Positions 9,704 to 17,938 of a stretch of 64,000 bases of DNA are shown piece after piece (positions within the stretch are counted from its first letter, which is position 1; every line of letters begins with the position of its first letter). The position numbers and the translations under genes are program-made. Under the pieces are notes generated by a model. That model saw only the letters and a program-made list of their open reading frames with translations, did no database searches and was not told the DNA's origin. Origin of the DNA: an uncultured delta proteobacterium. GTDB taxonomy: Bacteria; Desulfobacterota; Binatia; Binatales; Binataceae. Location of the stretch: contig CAVQEQ010000004.1 of assembly GCA_963711565.1 (NCBI GenBank), forward strand, positions 800,001 to 864,000. The letters run 5' to 3'.

Positions 9704-10126
9704 AGCGACCGAACGAAAGCCGGAAGAGCTCAATAGTTTGTATGCTTCGCTAAGAGGGGCGGTATTTGCTTCGAACGTCCCTGCATAAAATTCGCGCTTG
9801 CTTTGCGGAGCGAATTTATTTGGCTCGGGCAAATACACGATTAGGTCAAATTTGTTTGGCTGCCCGTTGACCCGATACCAAATTGCGCCCTTGATCTCTC
9901 CCACTTTCGCTTCGATGATAGTACTTCCGTCTTGCTTTTTTGTCGTTAGTGTCGCGCCTCGCGTTTCGACTTGCTCGTTTTTGAGCAGCATCCAGCGCCC
10001 TCGCGGAATGATGGCGAGACCCAACCAAGTTTTTATCCGATCTCCGAGACCTTGGGGAGTCGGTCTTGATCCTTCGGGAAGCTGCTGCACTGCAACGCTT
10101 TCGTTTTCGTTTGAAACGGGTGCCAA
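9662..10126 (-). CDS. Hypothetical protein, convergent with and overlapping the DUF21 gene
   Basis: 154-aa ORF in AT-rich DNA with GGGAG upstream of the TTG start. Confidence 0.55.
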   Translation of the reverse strand: MAPVSNENESVAVQQLPEGSRPTPQGLGDRIKTWLGLAIIPRGRWMLLKNEQVETRGATLTTKKQDGSTIIEAKVGEIKGAIWYRVNGQPNKFDLIVYLPEPNKFAPQSKREFYAGTFEANTAPLSEAYKLLSSSGFRSVALTPDLLVLKPKQS

Positions 10127-10257
10127 AGCAATTACTCCCTGCGAGAGATTATACCTTCGTAACGGAAATTACACTAGAAGAAAAGCGGGCAAGTTCAGGA
10201 GAGAACAGCGGCTTGAATTTTCAGATTAAGCGATAACAAAGGGGGGGCCAATAACTA

Positions 10258-10513
10258 CGATTTTCCGTGCACGGGAAACACGCTGCACTCCCACGCAAAA
10301 GCCGACCGCGGCTTTAGAGCCGCTGATCCGCGCGTTCTGCCCCTTGGACGGGGTCGTCCTCGATCCATTCTGCGGCTCAGCCTCCACTCTGTCTCCGCCC
10401 AGGAGGCTGGTCGGCGCTACATCGGGATCGAGCTGGACCGCACGGCTTGCCTTCGCCTCAATCAGTCCGACCCCCCTATCTCCGAGATGCTGCGCCATGA
10501 CTGAGAGCCTTCC
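10258..10513 (+). repeat. Direct repeat copy 2 (methylase 3' fragment)
   Basis: Diverged copy of 8562-8830 with small indels. Confidence 0.9.
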
Positions 10514-10873
10514 GGCGCCCCTCTCGACAGTCACGAATTCTGCGAATTTCCCTGACAGCCAAGTCGACGTCGAATCGCGTCCCAACCATCCCACCTTCAC
10601 GTTTTTTCCTCCGCCAATCATGCGTTCTTCTTTCAGCTCTATCAGAAGACCGCACCATCAATTGCATCCTCGATCTTCGCGTACCTTGCATCCCACTCCG
10701 GCATTTCTGGGCAACGTCTGGCGACCTCACCACGGTATCCCCGCGCTTCCGCACTGCGTTTGTGGCAGCGTGGGAGATTTCCCACCGTGGCTCGCCCTTC
10801 CGTTGCCAAGGCCCCGCCGTCGGTTCACGTCTAGGCCGCATTGGGCGGTCTCCTGAAACTGAAAGGAACTATC

Positions 10874-11198
10874 ATGACTACGATCGCAAAATTGATGAAG
10901 CAAAAAGACGGCGGCTTCATCGGGATCCTCTCCGCCATTTCCGTGCGCGCGCGAAAAATCGCTCTCGCGCCGGTCGAGGGCGACGGCGATAAGGCCCCCA
11001 TTTACTGCGTCCTCCTCGAAGACATGGAGATCGGAGCCGCTTGGAGCCGCGAGGCGAAGTCCGGCAATGAGTACCACCTTGGTCAAGCTCGACTGCCCGC
11101 TGCTCGCTCAGCCCATCTTTTGTGTCCTGGTCAAAGACCTTTATCCCGACTTTACCTTGGAATGCGATCGGCCGAACCGCCGATCCAAGAAGTCATAA
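10874..11198 (+). pseudogene. DUF736-family protein with a 1-nt frameshift
   Basis: MTTIAKL..DGGFIG..DKAPIY..EIGAAWSRE..GNEY, then shifted frame TLVKLDCPLLAQPIFCVL. AAAGGAA RBS. Confidence 0.75.
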
Positions 11199-11221
11199 CC
11201 CTTAAATCGCGGTCTAAATCC

Positions 11222-11254
11222 TGCGGCCTCGACTTAACCTGAGGCCGCATTTCT
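11222..11254 (+). terminator. Probable intrinsic terminator after DUF736
   Basis: TGCGGCCTC-10 nt-GAGGCCGCA followed by TTTCT. Confidence 0.5.
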
Positions 11255-11478
11255 CAAATCTAGAAAATCATGAACCAGAAATCGGTGACGAGTCTACTCG
11301 ACAGCATCGACTTCGATGCCGTGGAGCCAAGCTCGCTTTGGGCGCTCGCCGCCGAAAGAGTGAACACTCCCCTCAAGCCGCGCGCTCGGCGTGAGAAAAA
11401 CCAGGGGATGTCCGCTTCGGAGTATCGATACAATTCCGACGCTTGCATTTCTCTCTGGAGTGTGCAAGATACTCGCTC

Positions 11479-12585
11479 ATGAAGCCCCAGCAGCAAACTC
11501 TGTCGGTGCGAATATCGGACGCGCTACGGCGACGCCTGGAGAACTATCGGCATCTGCTGCCGAAGACGGTCAATAGCGACGGCGAGGCCTCGATCTCCGA
11601 GGTTGCAAAGTTCTTTCTGGAGAGCGCTCAGGACGACAATATTGAGGCAAGCGAACTAGTGAGCCGGCCGACCGAAACCTTGCTCAACATCCGCCGCAAG
11701 TGGGAGCGCCAGCAAAGCTTCTCCCGACCGGAGTGGTTGGCGCTCGCCTACTACGTGCAGAGCGGTTGCGAGCAACATTCGGAAAACCCCGATCTGCCAA
11801 CGGCGGAGTCGTACGCGAGCCTCCTAGAGGCTTTCGTTGCGTTGCATTCTCTCAGGATCGGCAAGAACCCGGAAGCCGACCACTATTACCTCGGTAATCT
11901 TGAGTCCCGCGTCGTGGCACCGGGTTCGAATGGAGACGAGCCGGTGGGTTCGGAGGCGGTATCCAAGGCCGCGCGCGGCATCGCCCGTCAACTCAGAGAG
12001 TCACCGGCGTCGACGCCCAAGCCAGTCGCCGTTGGACGCAACCTCTACGTGGTCTTGCGGGACGAGCGGCTCAGAGGAGTCGAGGCCCTGAACCAAGCGC
12101 TGCGGCCCTTCCTGCCTGCGCTGTTTCGGATCGCCGCACGCGGTCATTATCTGCGCGAGAAGCGCCCGGTGCGCGAACAGCGCCGCGCCGATTTCAGTGG
12201 CCTGCGCCCACCTCATGCGCCGCCGGTAGTGGTCGGAGATTTCCGGCTTTCAACCGCGATTGATGAGACCAACGAGTTCTCTATGCTGTTGGACTTGCAG
12301 CCGTACCGTGTGCTCTATCCGCTTGAGCCGTATCCGGTAATTCGCGACTTTGCCACGATGCTTGGAGCGCTCAAGCCCGGCGAGCAGTGGAGAGGCCAGG
12401 AGTTCTTTGGCTACGCCGACCGGACGGGAGCGTCGTTCCAGTTTCGCCGCCGGAGCAATGGGATCACGCTCTCGTTTTCGAACGAGGAATGGCGGGCGCT
12501 CGGAGAGTTGGTGAATAAAGGTCTGCAACTGCCAGAACTGCAACCTGCTTTGGAGGACGCATTGCTGGCATACGGTGAGATCTAA
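11479..12585 (+). CDS. Hypothetical protein with an N-terminal ribbon-helix-helix-like DNA-binding segment
   Basis: TLSVRISDALRRRLE...SISEVAKFFLE. 368 aa, upstream of xis-int. Confidence 0.7.
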   Translation: MKPQQQTLSVRISDALRRRLENYRHLLPKTVNSDGEASISEVAKFFLESAQDDNIEASELVSRPTETLLNIRRKWERQQSFSRPEWLALAYYVQSGCEQHSENPDLPTAESYASLLEAFVALHSLRIGKNPEADHYYLGNLESRVVAPGSNGDEPVGSEAVSKAARGIARQLRESPASTPKPVAVGRNLYVVLRDERLRGVEALNQALRPFLPALFRIAARGHYLREKRPVREQRRADFSGLRPPHAPPVVVGDFRLSTAIDETNEFSMLLDLQPYRVLYPLEPYPVIRDFATMLGALKPGEQWRGQEFFGYADRTGASFQFRRRSNGITLSFSNEEWRALGELVNKGLQLPELQPALEDALLAYGEI

Positions 12586-12691
12586 TTGTCGATCGCGATG
12601 CGCTGCGGATGACTCGGCTGTTGGCGCTGGTTGAGGACAAGCGCGATGCTGGAATGAACTCTCAAAAAATCAGCACAGGGAGTTGAGTGCC

Positions 12692-12943
12692 ATGGATCAG
12701 CCGAGAGAAGACGAACGCGAGAGTCGGGTCGAGAGCGAGAGTGAATATGTGACCGTTCCCCAACTCGCCAAGAAGATCCACCTGAGTCCCAAGACGGTTT
12801 ACAACTGGATTCGATTCGGAGACATTGGCGAAGAAGACGGCATCTTCGATGTGCACGGGCGAATGCTGATCCACTGGCCAACCTTCCACAAGCGCCAATT
12901 CAAACCACTGCGACGGCCAAACGGTGCCCTCCGAGCAAACTGA
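12692..12943 (+). CDS. Excisionase-like helix-turn-helix protein
   Basis: YVTVPQLAKKIHLSPKTVYNWIRFG. Lies immediately upstream of the integrase. Confidence 0.75.
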   Translation: MDQPREDERESRVESESEYVTVPQLAKKIHLSPKTVYNWIRFGDIGEEDGIFDVHGRMLIHWPTFHKRQFKPLRRPNGALRAN

Positions 12944-12955
12944 GGAGCGAAGCCA

Positions 12956-14233
12956 ATGGCGTGGCTGGAAACCGTCAGCAAGGACGGCAAGAAGTATCTC
13001 CGGATAGGGTTCAAGCTGCCCGGTCATAGCGGTAAGTTCCGGGAGCCGCTTGGCCTCGAGGACAATCGCAGAAATCGGGCGCTGGCGAGGATACAGGTTC
13101 AGAAAGCGATTGAGCGCGAAATCGCCACAGGCACCTTCGACTACGGCAAACGCTTCCCTGACAGCCCTCGGGTGAAGCGCCTCGGATTGCAGACCGACGA
13201 GCCGATCACACTCGGCGAATTTGGCGAGAAGGTCTGGCTGGTCGAGCGCCGCGCAAGCCGGATTAAGCGCTCAACGCATCTCTCGTACGTGGACGTTTTT
13301 CGCACGCACATTCAATCGGCCAAAATCGCGACGATGCAGCTTCGCGAAATCAAGGTCAGCGACATCAACGCATTCAAGCTCGACTTGAACGCCAAGAAGA
13401 CGAAGACGGGCCGTCCGCTCGGTGCTCGCCGCAAGATGATGGTGCTACGCGAGTTGGGCGCAATCCTCAAGCTCGCGCGTCAACTGGATCATGTCGACAA
13501 AGACCTGATGTTCTACGTCAACAAGAGCTTCGCCGACGAGTCGATCATCGAAGACGCGCCGGGTGAGAAACTAAGTCCGTTCAGCGCGGACGAAGTGGGA
13601 CGAATCCTGGAATCCGCTTCGGAGGACGATCCGTCACGATGGGAGCGCAGGCTGCTTGAGGTGTCATTTTTCACCGGCATGCGCCGCGGTGAGGTCTTTG
13701 GGCTAAGATGGTCGAACGTGTTTTTCGAGCGAGGCGTGATCGCGGTACGACGGAGTCTCACGCTTCATGGCGAGAGCTCACCAAAGACCGCAAGAAGCAT
13801 CCGGGATATCGAGATGTTACCGCGCGTGCGCAACGCACTGCTCGAACAACGGCGGTGGGTGACAGGAAGGTTCGAGCTGGGGAGCGAGTTCGTGTTTCCT
13901 AACGGAGCGGGCAGCACGCTCGAAGTGCACAACTTCAGCTTTCGTGTTTGGCCCAGGATCGTAAAACAGGCCGGAGTTCCGTATCGCGCCTTCAAACAAA
14001 CCAGACACACCTTCGCCACGCTGATGCTTCAGCAGGGCGCGCCGCTCGATTGGTTGCAGCGTCAGATGGGTCATGAGGATCTGGAGACCCTCATCAAGCA
14101 CTACTGGAAGTATATCAATCCGCAACGGCTGGGTTCGGACGTTGTCGAGCGGCTGGAGCAGCTCGGAAGAGCCGCGAGCCTTGCACAGAATGCCCAACTT
14201 ATGCCCAACTCGACCGACGCATCAAAAAAATAG
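12956..14233 (+). CDS. Tyrosine recombinase/integrase with N-terminal arm-binding domain
   Basis: TGMRRGE (R), SPKT (K), KQTRHTFAT, QMGH, IKHY (Y). GAGGAG RBS. Confidence 0.95.
   Translation: MAWLETVSKDGKKYLRIGFKLPGHSGKFREPLGLEDNRRNRALARIQVQKAIEREIATGTFDYGKRFPDSPRVKRLGLQTDEPITLGEFGEKVWLVERRASRIKRSTHLSYVDVFRTHIQSAKIATMQLREIKVSDINAFKLDLNAKKTKTGRPLGARRKMMVLRELGAILKLARQLDHVDKDLMFYVNKSFADESIIEDAPGEKLSPFSADEVGRILESASEDDPSRWERRLLEVSFFTGMRRGEVFGLRWSNVFFERGVIAVRRSLTLHGESSPKTARSIRDIEMLPRVRNALLEQRRWVTGRFELGSEFVFPNGAGSTLEVHNFSFRVWPRIVKQAGVPYRAFKQTRHTFATLMLQQGAPLDWLQRQMGHEDLETLIKHYWKYINPQRLGSDVVERLEQLGRAASLAQNAQLMPNSTDASKK
14190..14210 (+). repeat. Tandem 10-bp direct repeat; candidate integrase arm-type sites
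   Basis: ATGCCCAACT at 14190-14199 and 14201-14210 (11-bp period), about 85 bp from the tRNA. Confidence 0.6.
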
Positions 14234-14295
14234 GCAGAAATTGAACTTCGAAAAGGCCGCTATCCTCATGATATTACTAGCTAAACTCGAAATGT

Positions 14296-14372
14296 GCGCC
14301 CGTAGCTCAACTGGACAGAGCATCAGACTTCGGATCTGAGGGTTGGGGGTTCGAATCCCTCCGGGCGCGCCA
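14296..14372 (+). tRNA. tRNA-Arg, anticodon UCG
   Basis: Acceptor stem GCGCCCG/CGGGCGC, anticodon arm TCAGA-CTTCGGA-TCTGA, T-arm GGTTCGAATCC, encoded CCA. 77 nt. Confidence 0.95.
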
Positions 14373-14381
14373 CGCAATTCG

Positions 14382-14414
14382 TTGACAGCCGCTAACGTAA
14401 CTATATACAGTTAC
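14382..14414 (+). promoter_or_regulatory. hicAB promoter with overlapping palindromic operator
   Basis: TTGACA (14382)-18 bp-TACAGT (14406). Inverted repeat GTAACT-N6-AGTTAC at 14397-14414. ATG 5 nt after the -10. Confidence 0.7.
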
Positions 14415-14416
14415 AC

Positions 14417-14656
14417 ATGGACCGCTTGGGGAAACTGTTGGCGGCTGCTCGGAACAGTCCTAACGGTCTTTCATTCAAGGATTTTGAAGCCCTGCTAAAG
14501 CAAGCGCGCTGGAAATTCGATCGGCAGAAAGGCAGTCATCAAATCTGGTACTCGCCGAAAAATTCTTTGATTTCTATCCAATCGCGAGGCGGAAAGGCTA
14601 AGGGCTATCAGGTCAGGCAATTCCTCGACGTGTTCGACAGAGAATCCAATGGCTAA
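14417..14656 (+). CDS. hicA: HicA-family toxin
   Basis: 79 aa with RQKGSH and KGYQVRQ motifs. Overlaps the antitoxin gene. Confidence 0.85.
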   Translation: MDRLGKLLAAARNSPNGLSFKDFEALLKQARWKFDRQKGSHQIWYSPKNSLISIQSRGGKAKGYQVRQFLDVFDRESNG

Positions 14657-14996
14657 GCAAAGAGAGAGCGCGCGTTTCGACGGCTACGCGGTTGAGCTGT
14701 TCCTCGACGAAGACAACGACTGGCTGGCTCATCTGGTCGAGCTCCCTGGGATTTCGGCATTCGGCCCGACCCCCGAGAAGGCGCTTAAGGAGCTCAACGT
14801 CGCTTGGGCGGCGGCCAAGGAATCCTATGCGGCTCGTGGCGTCGAAATTCCCGCAGCGCCGGCGCGGCGGCAGTACCGCGGCATCTTCCAGGTGCGCATC
14901 GACCGTCGCGTCCATCGTGCACTCGCGATCGAGGCGGAGCGCGCGGGCGTCAGCTTGAATGCGTTGGTCGCGGAGAAGCTGGCGAAGAGTGTGTAG
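14649..14996 (+). CDS. hicB: HicB-family antitoxin with RHH domain
   Basis: ELPGISAFGPTPEKAL and GIFQVRIDRRVHRALAIEAERAGVSLNALV. Confidence 0.9.
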   Translation: MAKQRESARFDGYAVELFLDEDNDWLAHLVELPGISAFGPTPEKALKELNVAWAAAKESYAARGVEIPAAPARRQYRGIFQVRIDRRVHRALAIEAERAGVSLNALVAEKLAKSV

Positions 14997-15010
14997 TCTT
15001 CCTGGGTTAC

Positions 15011-15847
15011 TCAGAGCGGGATGGCAGTCCTGAACAATATGAACCGGCCCAGCATTTCGCCTACCAGGACCGACATTACTGCGATGTAGAGGAGGCCGGT
15101 TGCGGCCATCGTTTGCGGGATTTTCAGCGTCTGCCAGCACATCCAGACCAGCACGATCGTCGCGACTGGGCCCAGTATCAAGCGAACTGCGAGCAGTCCA
15201 AGGTGCGAGGCGAATAAGTCATTCACCGCCGCGGCCGCGCCGGCGCTGCCGAGTATCGCGGGGAGTCCGATCGCGAGGCCGAGCGCGATCAGGTCCGCGA
15301 CCAGCACGATCCCCAGCAGCCTGATGTAGGTACGCAGGTAATCGACCGGCATGTCGAGGTCGATGAGGTACCAGTGGCCGAATAGCATCGCGCCGGTCAC
15401 CAGTCCAAGCACCAAAGCCGAGGTAATCGCGGTGAGGGCGTACGCGACCGCCGCGATCGCGCCGAACCCAGGCGGCATCAGGAGCGTCACGTTGGCAATC
15501 AGCGCGACGAGGCCGAGCCCGAGGCCGAGCGCGTAGGCTCGCGAGCGGAGGAGGCCGTTTTCGGTCCAAAGCGTGTAGAGATAGACGGCGACGGCGACGC
15601 TCGACAGGGTCCACAGCGCGGACGCTGTCCACAACGACGCCGCGCCCGGTCCCACGGACGCGCCGCCACGCAATGCCAGCAGTCCGAGGCCGATCGCGGT
15701 CGTAATCGATGCGGCCAGGTAAACCGCCGCGCTCGATTTGTAAAAGCCCCGCTCGACGTTGAAGAAGGGTGGAATCGCAAGCGCGAAGATCCCGCCCCAG
15801 GCGAGTTCTCCGAAGACGAGGATGAAGCAGGCGGCGAATCTGGTCAC
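15011..15847 (-). CDS. Multi-pass membrane protein
   Basis: About 8 hydrophobic helices. MLFGHWYL and QTMAATGLLY motifs. Confidence 0.75.
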   Translation of the reverse strand: MTRFAACFILVFGELAWGGIFALAIPPFFNVERGFYKSSAAVYLAASITTAIGLGLLALRGGASVGPGAASLWTASALWTLSSVAVAVYLYTLWTENGLLRSRAYALGLGLGLVALIANVTLLMPPGFGAIAAVAYALTAITSALVLGLVTGAMLFGHWYLIDLDMPVDYLRTYIRLLGIVLVADLIALGLAIGLPAILGSAGAAAAVNDLFASHLGLLAVRLILGPVATIVLVWMCWQTLKIPQTMAATGLLYIAVMSVLVGEMLGRFILFRTAIPL

Positions 15848-16000
15848 GCCGGAATACTACCGGTCAACGCTGACCGCGAACACTATCGCGACGCTTGCCC
15901 TGTCGTGCCATTCGATGAAATAAAAGTGAGCCGCGCGTGACCAGTCGCGATTAGACATCTGGCGCGTTGGGACTATAATTGAACCAGATCGAAGGGACCG

Positions 16001-16450
16001 ATGGGGAACAAGATGCGTTCATCGAAAATTCTAACCTGGTTGGCGATTGGGCTGGCTCTCTGGATTTCCGGTTGTGCCGCCGCTCGCGAAGAGGAAGTGC
16101 AGAAGCAGCAGGTCTTCGAGCATCGCGTTGACATGGCGCACATCTGGGTAACCACGGAAGGGCCGCCCGCGGGCAAGCCGTACTCGGAGCTTGGTGACGT
16201 GACTTATACCGAGCCGTTTACGCCTGACGCGATCGACGAGGCGAAGATCAGCGACAAGCTGAAAGCCATGGCGTTTGCAAAATGGCCGGACACGATCGAC
16301 GCGATCGTCGACGAGAATCAGACCACTTCAGCTGACGGCTCGCAGATCACGGTCACGGGCAAGGCGATCAAATACGACTCGTCGGTTGATCGCGACGCGT
16401 TGCATCATATGAACGAGAACATGGTCGCGTCGCCGACGGAAAATCAGTAG
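16001..16450 (+). CDS. Putative lipoprotein
   Basis: Lipobox-like ISGC after a hydrophobic segment. AAGGGA RBS. Confidence 0.7.
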   Translation: MGNKMRSSKILTWLAIGLALWISGCAAAREEEVQKQQVFEHRVDMAHIWVTTEGPPAGKPYSELGDVTYTEPFTPDAIDEAKISDKLKAMAFAKWPDTIDAIVDENQTTSADGSQITVTGKAIKYDSSVDRDALHHMNENMVASPTENQ

Positions 16451-16550
16451 CGGCTCGCGATATAGTGTGAGAAGGCGGGCGTGTTGCGGAAAATCTTCCG
16501 CGATGCGCCCGATTCTATTTTGACGGCCTGCGCATGAAGGAGAACCGCCG

Positions 16551-16901
16551 ATGATGACGCGGCTGATTCCGAACATCTTCTACAGCAGCCTGGGCGACGG
16601 ACTCGATCTCTTCGTGACCTGTCTCGGCTTCAAGGTGCTTCACCAGGACGACGCGCTGGCGATCGTCGAACGCGACGGCGCCAAGGCCTACATTGTCGAG
16701 AGTGCGGAATTTGCGGCGAAGGATCGCCCGCAAATCACGATCGAGACCGATACGATCGACGATCTGTATCGCGAGATCAGTTCAAAAGCGCCGGCGATGC
16801 TTCATCCCAACTCGAATCGTGTCGAGAAGAAGCCGTGGGGCGCGCGCGAGTTCGCGGTCCGCGACAAGACCGACGTTTGCGTGGTGTTTCGGCAGTTCTA
16901 G
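16551..16901 (+). CDS. VOC/glyoxalase family protein
   Basis: KKPWGAREFAVRD. AAGGAG RBS. Confidence 0.8.
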   Translation: MMTRLIPNIFYSSLGDGLDLFVTCLGFKVLHQDDALAIVERDGAKAYIVESAEFAAKDRPQITIETDTIDDLYREISSKAPAMLHPNSNRVEKKPWGAREFAVRDKTDVCVVFRQF

Positions 16902-16912
16902 CTTTGGAAGAT

Positions 16913-17182
16913 TCAGGCGGGCGCCGACTCGGCCAGTAGGCCGTCGAGCTTGCCGGAGTCGTTGAGCGCCTTCAATTCGTCGAAGCCGCCGACAATCTTG
17001 CCGTTGATGAAAATTTCGGGGACGGTGCGGCGTCCGCCGGACATCTCGATCATCTTCGCGCGCAACTCGTCGTCGTCGGTCACGTCGATTTCATCGAACG
17101 CGATGCCCTTGCTCTTGAGCAGGCTCTTGGCCCGCGTGCAGAAGGGGCAGTAGGTGGTGGTGTAGAGTTCGACTTTCGCCAC
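16913..17182 (-). CDS. grxC: Glutaredoxin 3
   Basis: CPFC, RRTVPEIFI, VGGFDEL. GTG start with GAGG upstream. Confidence 0.9.
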   Translation of the reverse strand: MAKVELYTTTYCPFCTRAKSLLKSKGIAFDEIDVTDDDELRAKMIEMSGGRRTVPEIFINGKIVGGFDELKALNDSGKLDGLLAESAPA

Positions 17183-17242
17183 GGCGTACCTCGCTGCAGC
17201 CATTGTTATCCGCGCGAGAACCTCTGTCCAGCGTTCAATCCG

Positions 17243-17926
17243 CTAGCGAGTGTCGGCGTACATCCGTTTGAGGCGAGCTGGCGGCACGCCCGCCAGGTAC
17301 ATCGCGCGAATCAGCCACATCCGGACGATGGTGCGCGCGACACCGTCGCGGCTCCATCGCCGCGCGGAGGTGGTCACGCGGGAGCGCAGGCACGCGACGC
17401 GGCCCGCGCGCTTAAGGCGTCGCGAGAACTCGAGGTCTTCGCATAGCTCGAGATCGGGAAAGCCGCCGAGGTTGTCGAAGACGTCGCGCCGTACGAAGAT
17501 CGCTTGGTCGCCGGTGCCGGTGCGGCTGATTCGCGAGCGGATGCTGATCATCGCGCCGATGACGCGATAGGGCAGCGCGCTCGCGTCGAGCTCAACGTCG
17601 AAGCGTCCGCCGACCACCGCGGGATCGGAGAGTGCAGACGCGATGTCCGCCGCAAACGTCGATGGCACGATCGTATCTGCGTGCACGAAAACCAGTGCGT
17701 CGCCGTGCGATGCGCGCGCGCCCGCATTCATCTGGCGCGCGCGGCCGCGCGATGCGCTGATCACCGCGTCGCACAACGGCCGCGCCGTCGCGACGCTCGC
17801 GTCGGTGCTGCCGCCGTCAACCACGACGATCTCGGCGTCGGGAGCGCCGCGGCGAATTGCGTTCAGCGTGCCCGCAATCGCGGCCGCTTCGTTGAGCATC
17901 GGCACGATTGCGGAAAGTTTGTTCAC
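17243..17926 (-). CDS. Family 2 glycosyltransferase (TIGR04283-like)
   Basis: VDGGSTD, GRARQMNAGA, FVHADT, GDQAIFVRR, ED, TTSARRW. Confidence 0.85.
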   Translation of the reverse strand: MNKLSAIVPMLNEAAAIAGTLNAIRRGAPDAEIVVVDGGSTDASVATARPLCDAVISASRGRARQMNAGARASHGDALVFVHADTIVPSTFAADIASALSDPAVVGGRFDVELDASALPYRVIGAMISIRSRISRTGTGDQAIFVRRDVFDNLGGFPDLELCEDLEFSRRLKRAGRVACLRSRVTTSARRWSRDGVARTIVRMWLIRAMYLAGVPPARLKRMYADTR

Positions 17927-17938
17927 CCTTTCAAAAAA

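Larger units (their letters stand above)
1..14295. mobile_element. Right part of a tRNA-associated integrative element / genomic island; left end lies outside the window
   Basis: xis and tyrosine integrase abut tRNA-Arg. Visibly lower GC than the downstream core. Defence-type cargo and several pseudogenes of plasmid/ICE-type genes (DNA methylase, DUF736, AbiEii). Confidence 0.85.

Noticed and set aside
10130-10260. Integron attC/attI site at the cassette edge
   Set aside because: No RYYYAAC...GTTRRRY palindrome was found, and the integrase is of the arm-binding phage type.
11270-11482. 70-aa ORF upstream of the RHH protein
   Set aside because: No RBS or motif, and it runs over the likely promoter/operator of the next gene.
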